A DNA stretch of 63,744 nucleotides, filler included, from Hausera hauseri (taxonomy: Eukaryota), in the NCBI GenBank assembly GCA_046269625.1. It is 11 parts of 11 records of this genome, joined end to end, with 100 filler letters (N's around TTAATTAATTAA, not from the genome) between each part and the next. Parts side by side here need not be neighbours in the genome. Positions count along the whole stretch, not along the records: positions 56,339 to 63,744 come from JBJURY010016788.1; 10 more parts are not named here. The stretch is one strand, 5' to 3'. The stretch's first letter is position 1. The number at the start of each line of letters is the position of its first letter. Made by a program: the position numbers and the translations under genes. The notes under the pieces are model-generated. The model saw only the letters and a list, made by a program, of their open reading frames with translations. It had not been told where the DNA came from and did no database searches. This document shows, piece by piece, positions 62,361-63,744 of the stretch.

Positions 62361-63744
62361 TCCTCGTCAAATATGTTAAAGCAATAACCATTGCCTTGGA
62401 CTATGTTCCAAAGGCTGACCTAGTCACCTTTACTGTCAACTTCTCGACTAAGCCTTCGTACACCACAATCAGAATTTTCATCTTGGAATGTGTTAAACCC
62501 TACAAAGTGTATCATGAGAGCAACAAACTTCAAACAAAACAGGATCAGCCTGTCAAAGACACAGATAACAAAAGGTACATCATAGATGAGGATTAAGAAG
62601 ACTTCATCTACCATACGCAAATATCTTTACCACCGGTGGAATCCATCCTCCTAACAGATTAAGAACGACTACTTATGAAAAAACCAACTCACTAGGTTAA
62701 CATAGATAGGAGGAAACTATCCCCGACTCTCATGAATAAGCTGTTTTCTCGAATCTTTGCAATAAAAGGTAAGATGCCAACCTTCTGTCAGGACACCCCC
62801 AAACTTAACTTTAGCTTTGAAACGGAACTTCAAATCCTCAACCTTCTAAAATCAGTACAGCAACTAAAAATCAGTACATTTACTCCAATTGAGAACAAGA
62901 CTGCATTTACGCAACAGGAGATACCTATATTGATCACCACACTTAACTCACACTTTACTTGACCACTGGATAATGTACTCGTCTCAACCCATTGTGCACT
63001 CTCTCCTTATGTACCCTTGATAAAGTCTTTCAATACTTCTAAGAAATTATTCGTCTAACCCGGAGGTAAAACGAGAAATGTTTATCGAAAGCGGAAAAAA
63101 AAGTTCAACATCCCACTCTGATACATCCAGAAATGGATAAATATCCTGATCCGAGTTCTGCTACTGACGACGGCCTACTGATAAATGATACAGATGACCA
63201 CGAAACCGCTACCAGAGCGGCTCATTTCAAACGATTTGGAAATTTTTCGATGATACAGGAAAATGATCTTCTCATGATAGTTGCATGTGACGTTACGATA
63301 ATTCTTTAAGGTAATTATTTCTTTTTTATTAATATATTTCGTACGTGGGCAATTTTCCTACCTAACTTTCTTAAATACAAATCCAATGACTGTCATATTA
63401 TTAATAACAGTTTTCTACTTTTAGAATACATCGATTTTACCTTCGATCGGCAACACATTTTATTTAATTTATTTAATCATTTCAAATGGCAGCAGAAAAG
63501 AATTTTTGAGAAGTTTATCTTATGGGATGAATTTTTCAGAAGTTTCAAACTATTACTAAACTGCTATTGAAATTTAAATAAATTCTGTTGTTGCCGGCAG
63601 GAAGAAAATCAAAATTTTTATACTGAAATATTTTATTTTTTTAAAAAGTACATTGATTGTGGGTTAGTGAAAATTTTCTGGCGAGTTTGTCGAGCCAAAA
63701 ATCATGAAAATCGGTTCAGCGGTTCTCAAGATATAAGCTCGACA

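Noticed and set aside
63655-63744. AAAATCGGTTCAGCGGTT motif typical of non-autonomous DNA/Helitron-like repeats
   Set aside because: Too short and cut off by the window end to classify.
1-63744. rRNA, tRNA, CRISPR arrays or prokaryotic operons
   Set aside because: None recognisable; most short ORFs in the track are antisense shadows or broken frames of the elements listed.

Overview
AT-rich eukaryotic (invertebrate animal-like) DNA. It is not one locus: eleven contigs of about 4-11 kb are joined by artificial N44-TTAATTAATTAA-N44 linkers, so adjacency across linkers means nothing. The only apparently intact host gene is a 5'-partial acid lipase with 47-48 nt introns. The rest is a patchwork of decayed mobile elements and decayed host-gene pieces. 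Mobile elements: several CsRN1-like Ty3/Gypsy LTR retrotransposons, two Polinton/Maverick protein-primed DNA polymerase genes (one with its adenain-type protease), and Chapaev3, Penelope and RLE-type non-LTR fragments. Host-gene pieces: DUF4139, LRR, SETD1, GANAB, NBEA, ZFYVE1 and CLPTM1. The most striking observation is that four Gypsy copies, from at least three diverged families, encode a ~70-75 aa ubiquitin-like domain ending in di-glycine (RICGG, RVRGG, RIRGG, KLKGG) just before the Gag capsid. It sits at the end of a long, often membrane-anchored, pre-Gag leader. This suggests Gag is released from a precursor by ubiquitin-type proteases. A second highlight is a run of same-strand, intronless host-gene fragments (CLPTM1, coiled-coil, ZFYVE1, NBEA) abutting an inverted-repeat element. 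All family assignments come from motif recognition by eye; no searches were run.
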